Source: Octopus bimaculoides (lineage: Eukaryota). Taken from it: a stretch of DNA of 64,000 nt. Shown here piece after piece: positions 37,794 to 51,963 of the stretch (the stretch's first letter is position 1; the number at the start of each line of letters is the position of its first letter). The translations under genes were made by a program, and so were the position numbers. The stretch lies in assembly GCF_001194135.2 (NCBI RefSeq), contig NC_068981.1, positions 174,142,318-174,206,317 of the forward strand, written 5' to 3'. The notes under the pieces are model-generated. The model saw only the letters and a list, made by a program, of their open reading frames with translations. It was not told where the DNA came from and made no database searches.

Positions 37794-38328
37794 CACAGCA
37801 CCGCGGTATTCATTATGAAAAAGCATCTCGCATAGATGTATAGTGCTAAAAGATACAAATGTATCAGTAGCAGGCGAAAAGTTATCAGTCTGGGTTTTCT
37901 GAAAATTTGCGTGACTTCACTTGCAAGTATCCATTATCACCACATGCTTAGAGAAATTTCGTCTCTACTGATATATAAAATACAATGATTAACAAGTCAC
38001 TAGTGTTACAAATAGCTGGCGGCACCAGCTATTTGTGATACCAGACCGTCTTACAATATATTCACGTTAATTAAGACACAGAGGTCGCTATTTACCCAGC
38101 CCGCCAGCTATTTGTGATACCAGTGACTTGTTAACCATTGTTTTTATATATCAGCAGAAATAAAATTCATCTTTGCATGCGGTGATAATGGATACTTACA
38201 ATCGAAGTCACGCAAATACGCAGAAATCCTAGACTTATCACTTTCCACCTGCTGCTAATATTTTTGTGCCTTTTAGCACTATACGTCTATACAAGATACT
38301 TTCTCAAGACGAATACTGCAGTGTTGTG
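37794..38328. mobile_element. 535-bp palindromic MITE with roughly 230-bp arms and CAC...GTG termini
   Basis: cacagcaccgcggtattc...gaatactgcagtgttgtg. The arms remain complementary up to the centre (e.g. aacaagtcactagtgttacaaatagctgg / ccagctatttgtgataccagtgacttgtt). Confidence 0.85.
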
Positions 38329-38911
38329 TGGATCTCTCAGTGTCTCTACATGAAGTAAGATATACAGGTTGTTATTTTGATCTAAAACTACTTCTGCCAC
38401 TAATAACGAGTCTACATATAACAATTTTCTTTAGTTCTTCTTTTGGTGTTGTTATTCACTGGATTACAGCAATGTTAGACTAGCGCTTTGACGGGTTTTA
38501 GTCGAGCCCAATACATTGTTTGGCGCGTATTTAATTAATATCAAAAGATATGATATGTAAAAGGGATACTTGCAAAAGGTGAGATAACCCAGTCATACAC
38601 ACATCTATTCAATGAATAGATTCTCGCCTCGCACTGACATCCAAACGCACACATGCATACATTCATACACACACACATACACGCACGCACACAAGATAAA
38701 ACAGACGAATGGATTTTTATTTATCGCTACAGCTGTTTTCTTAGGAGATTTTATTGTGAATTAAACATCACACAAATAGTTATATATAGACATATAATAA
38801 ATATCAATAAGGTTATGCAATACATTACATATACACTCTCGAGTCCTCAGGTTAAATTGTAGTTCAAGCGAGTAGGATATTTTATGGCATTATGTTGATT
38901 TCAAAACAGTG

Positions 38912-39692
38912 TATGTGATCTGATCAATAAGTATCCGGATTGTTCCCATAGTAACGAAGCTAAAGCACGCAGAGTGAAGTCACTTGACGAAGTTTAACTT
39001 TGAACTCTGCTATGCATGCGCACTGAATTTTAACGTTCTAGCTCACTTCCGCTGTTTACAGCAGTGCTTGGAAGGAAGGTGTGTAACGTGTGATCGTCGC
39101 ATTTGCCATGACAGAGAAATTCGTCATGGTGATATCGGTTCAGAGGCCTCTGCAAAGTTGTAGAAAGAGTATGGAGATGAGTGTATGAGCTGCACACACA
39201 AGTGTACGAGTGATTCAGACGTTTCCAAGATGGCCGAAAAAATATCGAACGTTCTAGGAGACCCGCAACCAGCAGAACTAAGAAAATCATCGCAGATATG
39301 CGTGCAGCTGTAAGGGGAAATCGTCGAATTCGTGAGTTATCAGAGGATGTGCAGATTAGTTACGGTTCAGTTCAGTTCATTATTACTGAAGATTTAGGTA
39401 TGAGACGCGTGTCTGCCAAGTATGTGCAAAAACTGCTTTCAGCTGACCAAAAGGATACTCGGCTTTCAGATGCACAAGATTTCCTTGATTGTGTCGAGAA
39501 TGACGAAAACTTTTTGAAAACTTTGCATAGGCCTCTGAGCAGGTGTCGCCAAGCTTTTGGCAAAATTTGATGCAGATTTTCTGCTCAACTTTCTCTGTCA
39601 TGATCAATGCGACGACCACACGCTACACATCTCCCTTTCCAAGCATTGCTGTAAACAGCAGAAGTGAGCTAGAACGTTAAAACTTAGTGCGC
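38912..39692 (+). mobile_element. Mariner relic: + strand 5' half (38912-about 39522) fused tail-to-tail with an inverted 5' fragment (39523-39692)
   Basis: TIR-like tatgtgatctgatcaataagtatccgga. Transposase SGRP-like/IRELSEDVQISYGSVQFIITEDLGMRRVSAKYVQKLLS on +. MTEKVEQKICIKFCQKLGDTCSEAY on -. Confidence 0.88.
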
Positions 39693-39949
39693 TTAGATTC
39701 GAAGACTACAAATCCGAGTCATCACCGGAACTGTAGACATCTGTAAAACTTTCCTGAAGTTTATCATTAAAGTATTTACGAGCATGTCTAGACATGCAAT
39801 TATATGCATGAAAATACATACATAAAACAAATCTGCACATATACATAATTCATACATACATACATACACACATACATACATACATACATACATACATATG
39901 TTTGTGTGTGTGTATGTGTGTGCCTGTGTCCGTGTTTGTCTCCTCACTT

Positions 39950-40115
39950 CACTTGAAAGTAGCGTTTGCTTGTATACGTTCCCGTAAGTTAGCGGTTTAG
40001 CAAAAGAACCGATAAATTAAGTACAAGACTTTTAAAAAAGTACTGAGTTCGAATTCTTCGACTAAAACGCTTCAAGGCTGTACCCCTGCACGGCAGCAGT
40101 CCAATGACCGAAACA
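39950..40115 (+). mobile_element. SINE-B 3' half
   Basis: acgttcccgtaagttagcggtttagcaaaagaaccga...caatgaccgaaacaagtaaaaga. Confidence 0.75.
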
Positions 40116-40503
40116 AGTAAAAGACAGAGATACACAGATTACATCCATACACATTAATACGTACATTCATACACACACGTATACATTCATATACGCATGC
40201 ATAAATAGATAGTAATTTTGAAAAGCTACCACTTCAGACAGACAGAGACCTTCAAATAAGTGCTCTGTAAATACAATCTAGAAGCGGAATAGTGAAAATA
40301 TGCAAGAAATTTCTAAAACTGAACAAGCATTTACTGTTCTTCTTGTTCTTGTTATATAGATTCCAGCGATGGAGTTTTGTTTATTAATTGAAAGAATTAC
40401 ATACAAAATATATATTTACGTAAATATGTATGTATGCATGCATGCAGCATGTATGTATGTATGTATGTATGTATGTATGTATGTATGTATGTGTATGTAT
40501 GCA

Positions 40504-40552
<49 letters not shown>

Positions 40553-40948
40553 CAATGTGACTCTAATTCTACCAAGCAACGCTTTGCAAACACACTAACA
40601 AACAAAGAAAGAGAGAATGAAACAGATAGAGAACGATAGATGTTCACAGGAAACTAGAGAGCTGCTGGTGCTGGTGCTGATGATGATTCTGTGGTATATG
40701 GCATAGTGTGTGTATGGGGAGGTGGCGGGAAAGAGGAGCAGAATAAAAAAAAGAGGTATCGATTTTTACTTTATTGATTAAAATCTTTGACGTATCACAT
40801 GTGGCTGAAGCTCTCTTGTTCCGGTGGTTCGGTTTCCTTCGCTTTGACTTGACATTCTCAAGCAAATTACATTTCCGTTGTAAGAGGAAAATATATACTT
40901 ATAGGCATACTGACACATATACATTCACACACAAACATACAAGCTTAC

Positions 40949-40996
<48 letters not shown>

Positions 40997-41394
40997 TACG
41001 CGCACACACACATTTACGCGAAAAAGAGAACCACATTCTAAAATACACGCATACAAATACTAAGGTATGTATGCACACTTACACGGTCAGTAACATACAA
41101 TCATAAATACACACATGCTCACGTGTACACACACACACGCACGCACGTACGCACGCATGCACGCACACACACACACATACACACACAGACACAAAACTTA
41201 TACACCTATGCACATATACACACACAGTTGCCTATTCAATTTCGTAGCAATATACAGTTTCCTTTCATTTTATTTCTTTGTCTTTAATATTGCCTCTGTT
41301 TCTTCTCTCTGTATTTATAATGCTTGCATTCTCTCTCTCCCATCACACACACACACACTCTCTCTCTCTCTGTGCCTGTATGTCTTTCTACGTG

Positions 41395-41437
<43 letters not shown>

Positions 41438-41454
41438 ATCAACATATATGTGTA

Positions 41455-41494
<40 letters not shown>

Positions 41495-41894
41495 CATGCA
41501 CATACACACATATACATGTATATATATATGTACATATGCACACATATATTTAGATGTATATAATATATTTATATGTGTGTGTGTGTATGTGTGTGTATAT
41601 ATATGTGTGTATATATGTCAGTCACTTTCAGTTATTTTAAGTTTTCTAACTTTCTTTCGAGACTAATCTGTTGTTATTTTCTCTATTCTTTCTGTACGGG
41701 ACTTTTGGCCGTATGTTAACATGAACGTTTCGCTCCACAAGTACGTTCCTGTCTCTTTGTATTCAATCTTTCGTGGTCAACTGATATTTGTAATAAGACT
41801 TCACAGAAAACTGTCTCTTCTAACACCAGCAGAACAACGTACAGTGACAAAGTATCTAAATATGTCTGAAGCTTCACTGTAACATAAATATATA

Positions 41895-42735
41895 TTAGCG
41901 GTACCAAAAAGAATGTTGCATTCCGTACAATGAGTTTAGATCAACATTAAACATATCGTAAATATATTTCATTGAAAATATAATCGCCATTGTTAGCAAT
42001 AACATTTTCTCAGCTCGAAACTAGTTTTCTGATTTCTCGGTCAAAACAAAATTAGGTTCTTTAGAAGAGAAAGATGTTTGCGTTGCCATTTCGACATCAT
42101 CCGTGCTTCTGAATGTTCTTCCACTGATAAAGTATTCAAGTCACCCGAATAAGTGAAAATATGATGGTGCTAGGTTAGGTGAGCAAGGAGGGTGAGGTAG
42201 AGCTTCCCAGCTCAATGAATTTATATTTTCTAGGATTATCTTGGTGAATGTGCTGCTTTATTCCCGGAGAACAGCTAATGAAGGACTCACTTCCCTTCTC
42301 TATATACTTTCTCAATAATTTTGAGATGATCTTGCACAATGAACCAAAGTGTGTTGAATCTCCAGGATAAGCCTATTATATTTTGACGCAGATCCTTTTC
42401 AACTGCTGTTTCCACTGCGTCATTACTGAGAACAAATGGTGTTCCTGATCGACTCCCATCAAAAAAGATCGAAATCATCGTTTTTGAATTTCTTTAACCA
42501 CCTTTGGCATTTCCGAACACTCACACTATTAGGATACTCAGTACATATGTTTTTCCCTTGTATGTGTAGAATCGTTGCCCTTATGAAATTGTTAAAGGAT
42601 GCCTGCCGAATATACAGCTCACTAAAGTCATTGTCTTCGTAGGCTATCAGACATACACACAGCGCATGTCCAAATTAACGTTTGCTCATTAACAGTATGC
42701 TGATCGGTTGATTGCACGGATATCTTTTATTGACT
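41895..42735 (-). mobile_element. Internally deleted mariner transposon
   Basis: N-terminal RHPL.FH.GNDSTHTRENICTEYPNSVSVRKCQRWLKKFKNDDFDL and C-terminal HPPCSPNLAPSYFHLF...GRTFRSTDDVE (YSPDL motif). Confidence 0.85.
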
Positions 42736-43232
42736 TGTAAGCTAATTGTTGTATGACGTCAGATTATTTGCTTGAAAATATAGTAAAAGATACTTGCTTG
42801 AGTAGCCGTGCGGTGGGACTGAACCCGCAACCACATTGTTGCTTACTGAACTTCTTTATTACATAGCATTATCTGCGACTATATGTATATTTTATATTTT
42901 TTTATGTTTATGCTTACATATGTTCGACTGAACCCTTTAAGTTGGTACCCCAGCATGGCCGCAGTCCAATGGCTGAAACAAAAGATAACCTAAGTCACAT
43001 TTGATCTATAATTGTGTGTATGTGTGCATGCGCGCGTTCGAGATGATATATATGCTTGAGTATGTCTGCTTATATATATATATATATATATAACACTAAA
43101 CGTAAGATGTGTTTTATGTTGGTATAATGTATGAGTTTGTATTGTGGTAATATACATATACGTATGCATGTGTTTGTGTGTGAGTGTGTGTGTGAGTGTG
43201 TGTGTGAGTGTGTGTGTGAGTGTGTGTGTGAG

Positions 43233-43265
<33 letters not shown>

Positions 43266-43849
43266 GCGTGCGTGTTTTTACAGATATATGCCTTACACAA
43301 ACACACACATACATCCGTACATTTAAAACGCTACACTTCGTTAAACGCCAGAGGTGTAGACTATATTATTTATTTAAACTGAATTATGTTTTCGGCGACT
43401 CGCTTTTCCTGTCACGCTGATTATTAATCAGGCGATTGACTTCGGATATCTCAAGTTAAGTTTCATATACAATTCAAGCAGGTTCATTCCTCTGTATATG
43501 CATATCGGTTTTCATCGGCCAGTCATAGACCATTATCTTTTCAGGGCGTTGTCTTTTTGATTATTAGAGCCGGCATTGACAGATGTTAAACGTTTGTTAT
43601 TTCTCTCTTGTTCTGGTGTCGGCTCGTAGTTGTATCCGCCTTCTGTAAATTGTTATCCTGTTGACGCTGACTAAGTCTGGTGTCTCCAATTATAATTTTA
43701 TTGGTATCTTATTATGCTGTTGTTTTTAGCTGCCAGTTTGTTTGATATTTAGTTTTCGGGGTGAGTGTGGCGTCTTGTCTGTCATTCAATCAATTGTCGA
43801 AGCACCTCTGCTACCATCTCTACTGCTATTGTGTTACCACATGTTTTAC

Positions 43850-44096
43850 GTATCTCAGTCATTGGACTGCGGCCATGCTGGGGCACCAGCTTGAAGAGTT
43901 TAGTCGAACAAATCGACCACAGAATTTATTAATTTTTAAAGTCAGGTACATATTCCATCGGTCTTTTATTACCAGTCCGTTAGGTTACGGTGACGTGTAC
44001 AAACTAACACCGGTTGTCAAGTGACAGCGAGGGACAAATACAGACATAAAGAACTGCACTTATGCATGAGCATGCGTAGGTATGTGTGTGGGTGTT

Positions 44097-44127
<31 letters not shown>

Positions 44128-47100
44128 NNNNNNNNNNNNNNNNNNNNNNNNNNNNNNNNNNNNNNNNNNNNNNNNNNNNNNNNNNNNNNNNNNNNNNNNN
44201 NNNNNNNNNNNNNNNNNNNNNNNNNNNNNNNNNNNNNNNNNNNNNNNNNNNNNNNNNNNNNNNNNNNNNNNNNNNNNNNNNNNNNNNNNNNNNNNNNNNN
44301 NNNNNNNNNNNNNNNNNNNNNNNNNNNNNNNNNNNNNNNNNNNNNNNNNNNNNNNNNNNNNNNNNNNNNNNNNNNNNNNNNNNNNNNNNNNNNNNNNNNN
44401 NNNNNNNNNNNNNNNNNNNNNNNNNNNNNNNNNNNNNNNNNNNNNNNNNNNNNNNNNNNNNNNNNNNNNNNNNNNNNNNNNNNNNNNNNNNNNNNNNNNN
44501 NNNNNNNNNNNNNNNNNNNNNNNNNNNNNNNNNNNNNNNNNNNNNNNNNNNNNNNNNNNNNNNNNNNNNNNNNNNNNNNNNNNNNNNNNNNNNNNNNNNN
44601 NNNNNNNNNNNNNNNNNNNNNNNNNNNNNNNNNNNNNNNNNNNNNNNNNNNNNNNNNNNNNNNNNNNNNNNNNNNNNNNNNNNNNNNNNNNNNNNNNNNN
44701 NNNNNNNNNNNNNNNNNNNNNNNNNNNNNNNNNNNNNNNNNNNNNNNNNNNNNNNNNNNNNNNNNNNNNNNNNNNNNNNNNNNNNNNNNNNNNNNNNNNN
44801 NNNNNNNNNNNNNNNNNNNNNNNNNNNNNNNNNNNNNNNNNNNNNNNNNNNNNNNNNNNNNNNNNNNNNNNNNNNNNNNNNNNNNNNNNNNNNNNNNNNN
44901 NNNNNNNNNNNNNNNNNNNNNNNNNNNNNNNNNNATATATATATATATATATATATATATACCTGTCATTATTAAGGCGCTGGGATATGTAACATACTGC
45001 CTAAATACCAATCTTGAGAAATTAGGCTTCTCAAAACCAGAAAGGAGAAAGCTAATTCGAGACTACAGATCTATTCCATCACTGGAACTGTAAAAATCTG
45101 TAAAACTTTCCAGAAGTTTATCATTTAAATATATATGAGCATGTCTAGATATATAACTATATGCATGAGAACACACACATAAAGCAAAACATACAAATCT
45201 GTACATATACATACATGCAAATAAAAATACACTGTTGTTCATGTTGAAATTACAATAAAGGAACCTTGGATCTAGGTTAGAAACCGGTTCTTTCTCTACT
45301 GGCAAGGAATCTTGAAATAAAACTTTCATTCTTTTACTTGTTTTATTTGTTTCAGTCATTTGACTGCGGCAATGCTGGAGCATCTCTTAGAAGAGTTTTT
45401 TTAGTCGAACAAATCGTCTCCAAGACTTTCATTTTAAGCCAAGTGTTTATTTCATCAGTTTCTTTTTTTGCTGAACCGCTAAATTACGGTGACGTAAACA
45501 CACCAACACCGGTCGTGATGAAGGGATAAACACATGCACAAACACACACACACATAGAAACATACATACACACACATACATATATACATACATACACACA
45601 CGCACACTTACAAATGCGCGCGCGCACACACACATACGTATATACATACAAACCCACACATGCACGCAGACTCACACCGCGCGCGCACACACACATTCGA
45701 AAGCCTTTGTGAAAATTACTTAATACAGTTTTTATGTCTAAAGGGTGATTTTTAAAAAAAAATCGTTTTTCCCCCAAAAGTTATAAAATCTTTTATCGGA
45801 ATGTCACAAACCTTTTTGGAAGGAAAGTGAGAGCTTTCGATTAATCTTTTCAAACACACGTGCTCTTTATATATGTATANNNNNNNNNNNNNNNNNNNNN
45901 NNNNNNNNNNNNNNNNNNNNNNNNNNNNNNNNNNNNNNNNNNNNNNNNNNNNNNNNNNNNNNNNNNNNNNNNNNNNNNNNNNNNNNNNNNNNNNNNNNNN
46001 NNNNNNNNNNNNNNNNNNNNNNNNNNNNNNNNNNNNNNNNNNNNNNNNNNNNNNNNNNNNNNNNNNNNNNNNNNNNNNNNNNNNNNNNNNNNNNNNNNNN
46101 NNNNNNNNNNNNNNNNNNNNNNNNNNNNNNNNNNNNNNNNNNNNNNNNNNNNNNNNNNNNNNNNNNNNNNNNNNNNNNNNNNNNNNNNNNNNNNNNNNNN
46201 NNNNNNNNNNNNNNNNNNNNNNNNNNNNNNNNNNNNNNNNNNNNNNNNNNNNNNNNNNNNNNNNNNNNNNNNNNNNNNNNNNNNNNNNNNNNNNNNNNNN
46301 NNNNNNNNNNNNNNNNNNNNNNNNNNNNNNNNNNNNNNNNNNNNNNNNNNNNNNNNNNNNNNNNNNNNNNNNNNNNNNNNNNNNNNNNNNNNNNNNNNNN
46401 NNNNNNNNNNNNNNNNNNNNNNNNNNNNNNNNNNNNNNNNNNNNNNNNNNNNNNNNNNNNNNNNNNNNNNNNNNNNNNNNNNNNNNNNNNNNNNNNNNNN
46501 NNNNNNNNNNNNNNNNNNNNNNNNNNNNNNNNNNNNNNNNNNNNNNNNNNNNNNNNNNNNNNNNNNNNNNNNNNNNNNNNNNNNNNNNNNNNNNNNNNNN
46601 NNNNNNNNNNNNNNNNNNNNNNNNNNNNNNNNNNNNNNNNNNNNNNNNNNNNNNNNNNNNNNNNNNNNNNNNNNNNNNNNNNNNNNNNNNNNNNNNNNNN
46701 NNNNNNNNNNNNNNNNNNNNNNNNNNNNNNNNNNNNNNNNNNNNNNNNNNNNNNNNNNNNNNNNNNNNNNNNNNNNNNNNNNNNNNNNNNNNNNNNNNNN
46801 NNNNNNNNNNNNNNNNNNNNNNNNNNNNNNNNNNNNNNNNNNNNNNNNNNATATATATATATATATATATATACATATATACGACGGGCTTCTTTCAGTT
46901 TTCGTCTACCAAATCCACTCACAAGGCTTTGGTCGGCCCGAGGCTATAGTAGAAGACACTTGCCCAAGGTGCCACGCAGTGGGACTGAACCTGGAACCAT
47001 GTGGTTAGTAAGCAAGCTACTTAGCACACAGCCACTCCTACTCCTAATATGTGTGTCAATTCTACAAAAAAAAAGGTTACAAAAGATCCATTGATCGGAT

Positions 47101-48094
47101 TGGTTATAGGACGTTAGACGGGGTATATAAATATATCCTACACACACAAACACGTACCTATTTATACACTAATATTTCTCTTTCGTCTGCCGTTACGTCC
47201 TGAGTTCAAATTCCGCCGAGGTCGACTTTGNNNNNNNNNNNNNNNNNNNNNNNNNNNNNNNNNNNNNNNNNNNNNNNNNNNNNNNNNNNNNNNNNNNNNN
47301 NNNNNNNNNNNNNNNNNNNNNNNNNNNNNNTATATATATACGATGGGCTTCTTTTATTTTCCATCTACCAAATACACTCACAAGACTCTGGTCGGCCCGA
47401 GGCGGTAGTAGAAGACACCTGTCCAAGGTGCCTCGCAGTGAGACTGAACTCGGAACCATGTAGTTGGGAGCTAGCTTCTTACCACACAGGCACACTATAC
47501 ATATGTACATGCTCATGTATGTATATTCTTAGAATGCATTGACTGAACCTGTTAATATAGGAAAGAGACTTTTCATACTTGCTTGTAATTAATACTATCG
47601 CATAAAAATTTTGCCATGATTATAAGTCTCATAAAGAAAAAGATTATTTACTTTGGATAAACCCAGAGGAGTGATCATTTGCTAGAGATCCGAGCATAAT
47701 TCAGAGAAATTAAGCTGATAGACAACATATGGATTAATACCGAATACAGCAATGGATAAAGAAAGAACCGGGGTCAGCTATTGAATATTGCAGAAATTTC
47801 GAGAGAATTTCTAATGGACGTTTGAATTGAAATTATATACTCTTTTACTCTTTTACCTGTTTCAGTCATTTGACTGCGGCCATGCTGGAGCATCGCCTTT
47901 AGTCCAATCAAATCGACCACAGGACTTATTCTTTGTAAGCCTAGTACTTATTCTATCGGTCTCTTTTGCCGAACCGCTAAGTTACGGGGACCTAAACACA
48001 CAGTATCGGTTGTCAAGCGATGTTGGGGGGACAAACACAGATACACAACATATACACACGCATACATATATACACATATATATATATATATATA
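43850..48094 (-). mobile_element. Cluster of minus-strand SINE-B halves broken by gaps (3' halves about 43850-44127, 45335-45700, 47845-48094; 5' halves about 46851-47040, 47331-47495)
   Basis: Diagnostic cagtcatttgactgcggccatgctggagca and gacgggcttctttcagtttccgtctaccaaatccactcacaagg blocks abut (TA)n/(CA)n and N-gaps. Confidence 0.82.
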
Positions 48095-49588
48095 NNNNNN
48101 NNNNNNNNNNNNNNNNNNNNNNNNNNNNNNNNNNNNNNNNNNNNNNNNNNNNNNNNNNNNNNNNNNNNNNNNNNNNNNNNNNNNNNNNNNNNNNNNNNNN
48201 NNNNNNNNNNNNNNNNNNNNNNNNNNNNNNNNNNNNNNNNNNNNNNNNNNNNNNNNNNNNNNNNNNNNNNNNNNNNNNNNNNNNNNNNNNNNNNNNNNNN
48301 NNNNNNNNNNNNNNNNNNNNNNNNNNNNNNNNNNNNNNNNNNNNNNNNNNNNNNNNNNNNNNNNNNNNNNNNNNNNNNNNNNNNNNNNNNNNNNNNNNNN
48401 NNNNNNNNNNNNNNNNNNNNNNNNNNNNNNNNNNNNNNNNNNNNNNNNNNNNNNNNNNNNNNNNNNNNNNNNNNNNNNNNNNNNNNNNNNNNNNNNNNNN
48501 NNNNNNNNNNNNNNNNNNNNNNNNNNNNNNNNNNNNNNNNNNNNNNNNNNNNNNNNNNNNNNNNNNNNNNNNNNNNNNNNNNNNNNNNNNNNNNNNNNNN
48601 NNNNNNNNNNNNNNNNNNNNNNNNNNNNNNNNNNNNNNNNNNNNNNNNNNNNNNNNNNNNNNNNNNNNNNNNNNNNNNNNNNNNNNNNNNNNNNNNNNNN
48701 NNNNNNNNNNNNNNNNNNNNNNNNNNNNNNNNNNNNNNNNNNNNNNNNNNNNNNNNNNNNNNNNNNNNNNNNNNNNNNNNNNNNNNNNNNNNNNNNNNNN
48801 NNNNNNNNNNNNNNNNNNNNNNNNNNNNNNNNNNNNNNNNNNNNNNNNNNNNNNNNNNNNNNNNNNNNNNNNNNNNNNNNNNNNNNNNNNNNNNNNNNNN
48901 NNNNNNNATATATGTATACGTATATATTTAGGTATATATGTATGCATGTACGTACGTATGTATATATATTTATATACACATATGTATGTATATGTATGTA
49001 AATTTAATAACCTTAATTACCTTTCTACCTCGCTCCATTTAACTCGACCTCTTTCTTTTCATCTTCACGTTTTCCTTGTACCTTCTCTCTTTCCAAGTAC
49101 TCTTCCGAAACATGAATAAACAAGTACACATACACATAGGCTCACTCACTCACACACACTTACACCTGCACTCTTCAGTACATATTCACATTATATAAAT
49201 ATATTTCTGTGTGTGTATGTATGTGTCTATGCACGCGCACACACACACACGCATATGTACGTGTGTGTGTGTATGTGTGTATCGTCACACATTTACGTAA
49301 TACTCTCTCCTTCACGTACACAGCCGCATATTTATCTTGCGTTTTAATAAATTTAGGGATAGCAGGTATTAGCATTAATTTAAAGACGTTTGAATAAATA
49401 TGAATTTCATGAATTTTTACAATAAATAATTAGTTGAACATAGCAACGTATAGGCTTGATGTTTATTCTCGTGTATATAATTGTACGGAGCTCGACATTA
49501 GATATACCATGTCTTGGATATTAGAATATTATGATATACTGTACACTCACACACATATCCCTCTCGTATGGGTACATGTGTGTATGTA

Positions 49589-49663
<75 letters not shown>

Positions 49664-50689
49664 ATGTGTGTATTTATATAAGGGCATTACTACAGAATAA
49701 TGCCACACACTAGACTTCCCTTATGAATTTTTTACACACTAGCTTCCTGATAAAATTCTTGTAAAAGATTTTTATCCCATTATTGAATTAATTAAATATG
49801 TATGTATGTATGTATGCATGCATGCATGCATGTTTGTATGTATGTATGTTTGTATGTATGTATGTATGTATGCATGCATGTATGTATGTGTGTATATGTT
49901 GTTTTGTGTGTGCAGTTACTTACGTACTGTTCTTTTGCGCTCTCGGGGTTAATTTTGTCTTCAAACAACAACGACTGATTATATTATATATAAGCATTTT
50001 TGACTGTTGCAATGCGAAGAATACATACCCAACAGCTTTCGAAAATATAAGTTTTTTTTTTTCTTAATATTTCTTGAAGCGGATTTTCGTATTTTTTTGT
50101 TTTTGTATATTTGTGGATATGTGGTGGTGGTGGTGATAGCAGCAGAAGAAAAAAAGAAACAAAATCTTGATTTGGTGAGTGATCATGCAAGGAGGATAGT
50201 TACATGTGATGTGATGATGAGAGAGGGACTTTTCATAATACGGTTGAAAAGATCTTATTTCATCTAATAACATTGATTCGCCTCGTGAGTACGTCATATT
50301 TATTGGAAGTTCGAAAGGGGAATGAAAGAAAGGAAAAAATGGAGACTTTGGAAAATTTAAAAGAAATAAGGAAACTGGATAAAGCAATGTAGGGTTAAAG
50401 ATCATTCATTGAGGCTTATGAAGACTGAAACTTTGTTCAAGTGGCATCGATCATTTTCAGATTGAAAATATAATAAAAGGAAAAAAAAAAGCAATGTTAA
50501 AAGATAGATATCTTTTGTTGAAGCTTTACTCAAACATAAGGCTTGAGTTTTACAGGATATTGGTTGTAAAAGATTATTGATTTTCATGGATTTTGCAGCT
50601 GTAACTCGTGAATGAGAATGCTTCATGTACCATGTTTTCGCTAATTATTGTAGGTACCTCTGTAGTCATGAGCAGACATAAAGACCATT

Positions 50690-50905
50690 TTAGTTTTCTC
50701 ACTCTTGATCCGACGGAACATTCAGGATATGACATTTGGAAGGAGGGAGGGCTGCCTAGCAGCCAGCTGGCACCTATTTACAGCTGAGTAGACTAGAGCA
50801 ACGTGAGATGAAGTGCCCTACTCAAGGAAACAACGTACCGACCGGTCCTAGAATTGAACTGTTGACCTTAAGAACATGAGCCGAAAACCGTAATCGCTAG
50901 GCTAA
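50690..50905 (-). mobile_element. SINE family E copy
   Basis: Minus strand ttgagtagggcacttcatctcacgttgctctagtctactcagctgtaaatagg matches the 16.4-kb element. Confidence 0.65.
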
Positions 50906-51059
50906 GTTGCCAGAATTTTTCCAGTAGTTGATAAAAAACGAGATTCCTCATTGTTAGCTATATCATAATTTATATCCCTTAAATATGATGCTAATGCTTA
51001 AATCTCTGAGATCAAATGGCATCTCTTTACGCGTTTAGATTAATAGAAACATATGTCAA

Positions 51060-51760
51060 TTAAAAACTTGCCGGTCCAGGGTTGTTTGTTGATTTTAGGA
51101 AACACATTGATTGGTTCTTTTTTGCTGGATGATCAGGCGGCTTAGGTTATGTATTAAGCAATAGACTTTAAGCGTTGTTATCCAGAGATTATTTGTTGGC
51201 TGTACAGCTCGGAATGTACTTTTAATCGGTTGTTGAAGGCTGTTTCTTCCTATATAGTACCGTCTTTGGATCTGAGAATCATTGACATGATAAGAATATT
51301 GACTGCTTGAAAAATCTGTTATATGATGCATGTAAACTGCTTTCTAGATTTCAAATGCTTTAGTCTGCCACAAATTGTTCTTTGTCGCATGTATTCCTTT
51401 CTGAAGTTGCAGCCTTTGTTTACTGGCGAGTTTTCCTTTTGCCCTTATAGTAAATATTATGTTAATAAGCATGAAATACTGCTCTTTTTTTGTCAGTCAG
51501 CTGGTTAACATTGAGTATTGTTCCCGTCAAGCCAGCCTAGGTATTTCATTGCTACCAAGCCCAATGACTACTGTCAAGTTGTGGATCTGTCTGTATCTAG
51601 AGCACATATTTCCTTTCACCATTTCCACAGTGCTTCAAGCTGAAGAGGGAAATTTTATGACCTAGGCACCATTGAAATTGCTCTGCCTGCTGTCTTTTCT
51701 GGTGACATCGTTTTTGCAGTTGACGTCGCTTTAGAAAGCGTTGAATTACTATGTTATATA
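51060..51760 (-). mobile_element. Decayed RTE-like LINE ORF2 C-terminal region
   Basis: VIGLGSNEI (cf. FKYLGS.I), NNLWQTKAFEI*KAVY, SIFLSCQ*F (cf. SILLYG.E.W) and HSELY in the expected order. Confidence 0.45.
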
Positions 51761-51883
51761 GTTATGGGTAGCGATCCAACCAGCAATCGTCAGTTCATCT
51801 CATATGACATCACAGATGCTGCCAGGAACCTTTGTATAGGTTTGCTTTTCGGTACGGTATATTATTGAATATTAAGTGAGTTT

Positions 51884-51963
51884 CATTTAGCTAGGAATAA
51901 AGCTCCATTTTAGCTAGGAATAAAGCTCCATTTTAGCTAGGAATAAAGCTCCATTTTAGCTAG
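51884..51963. repeat. 23-bp minisatellite x3.4
   Basis: ttttagctaggaataaagctcca repeated essentially perfectly. Confidence 0.92.
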
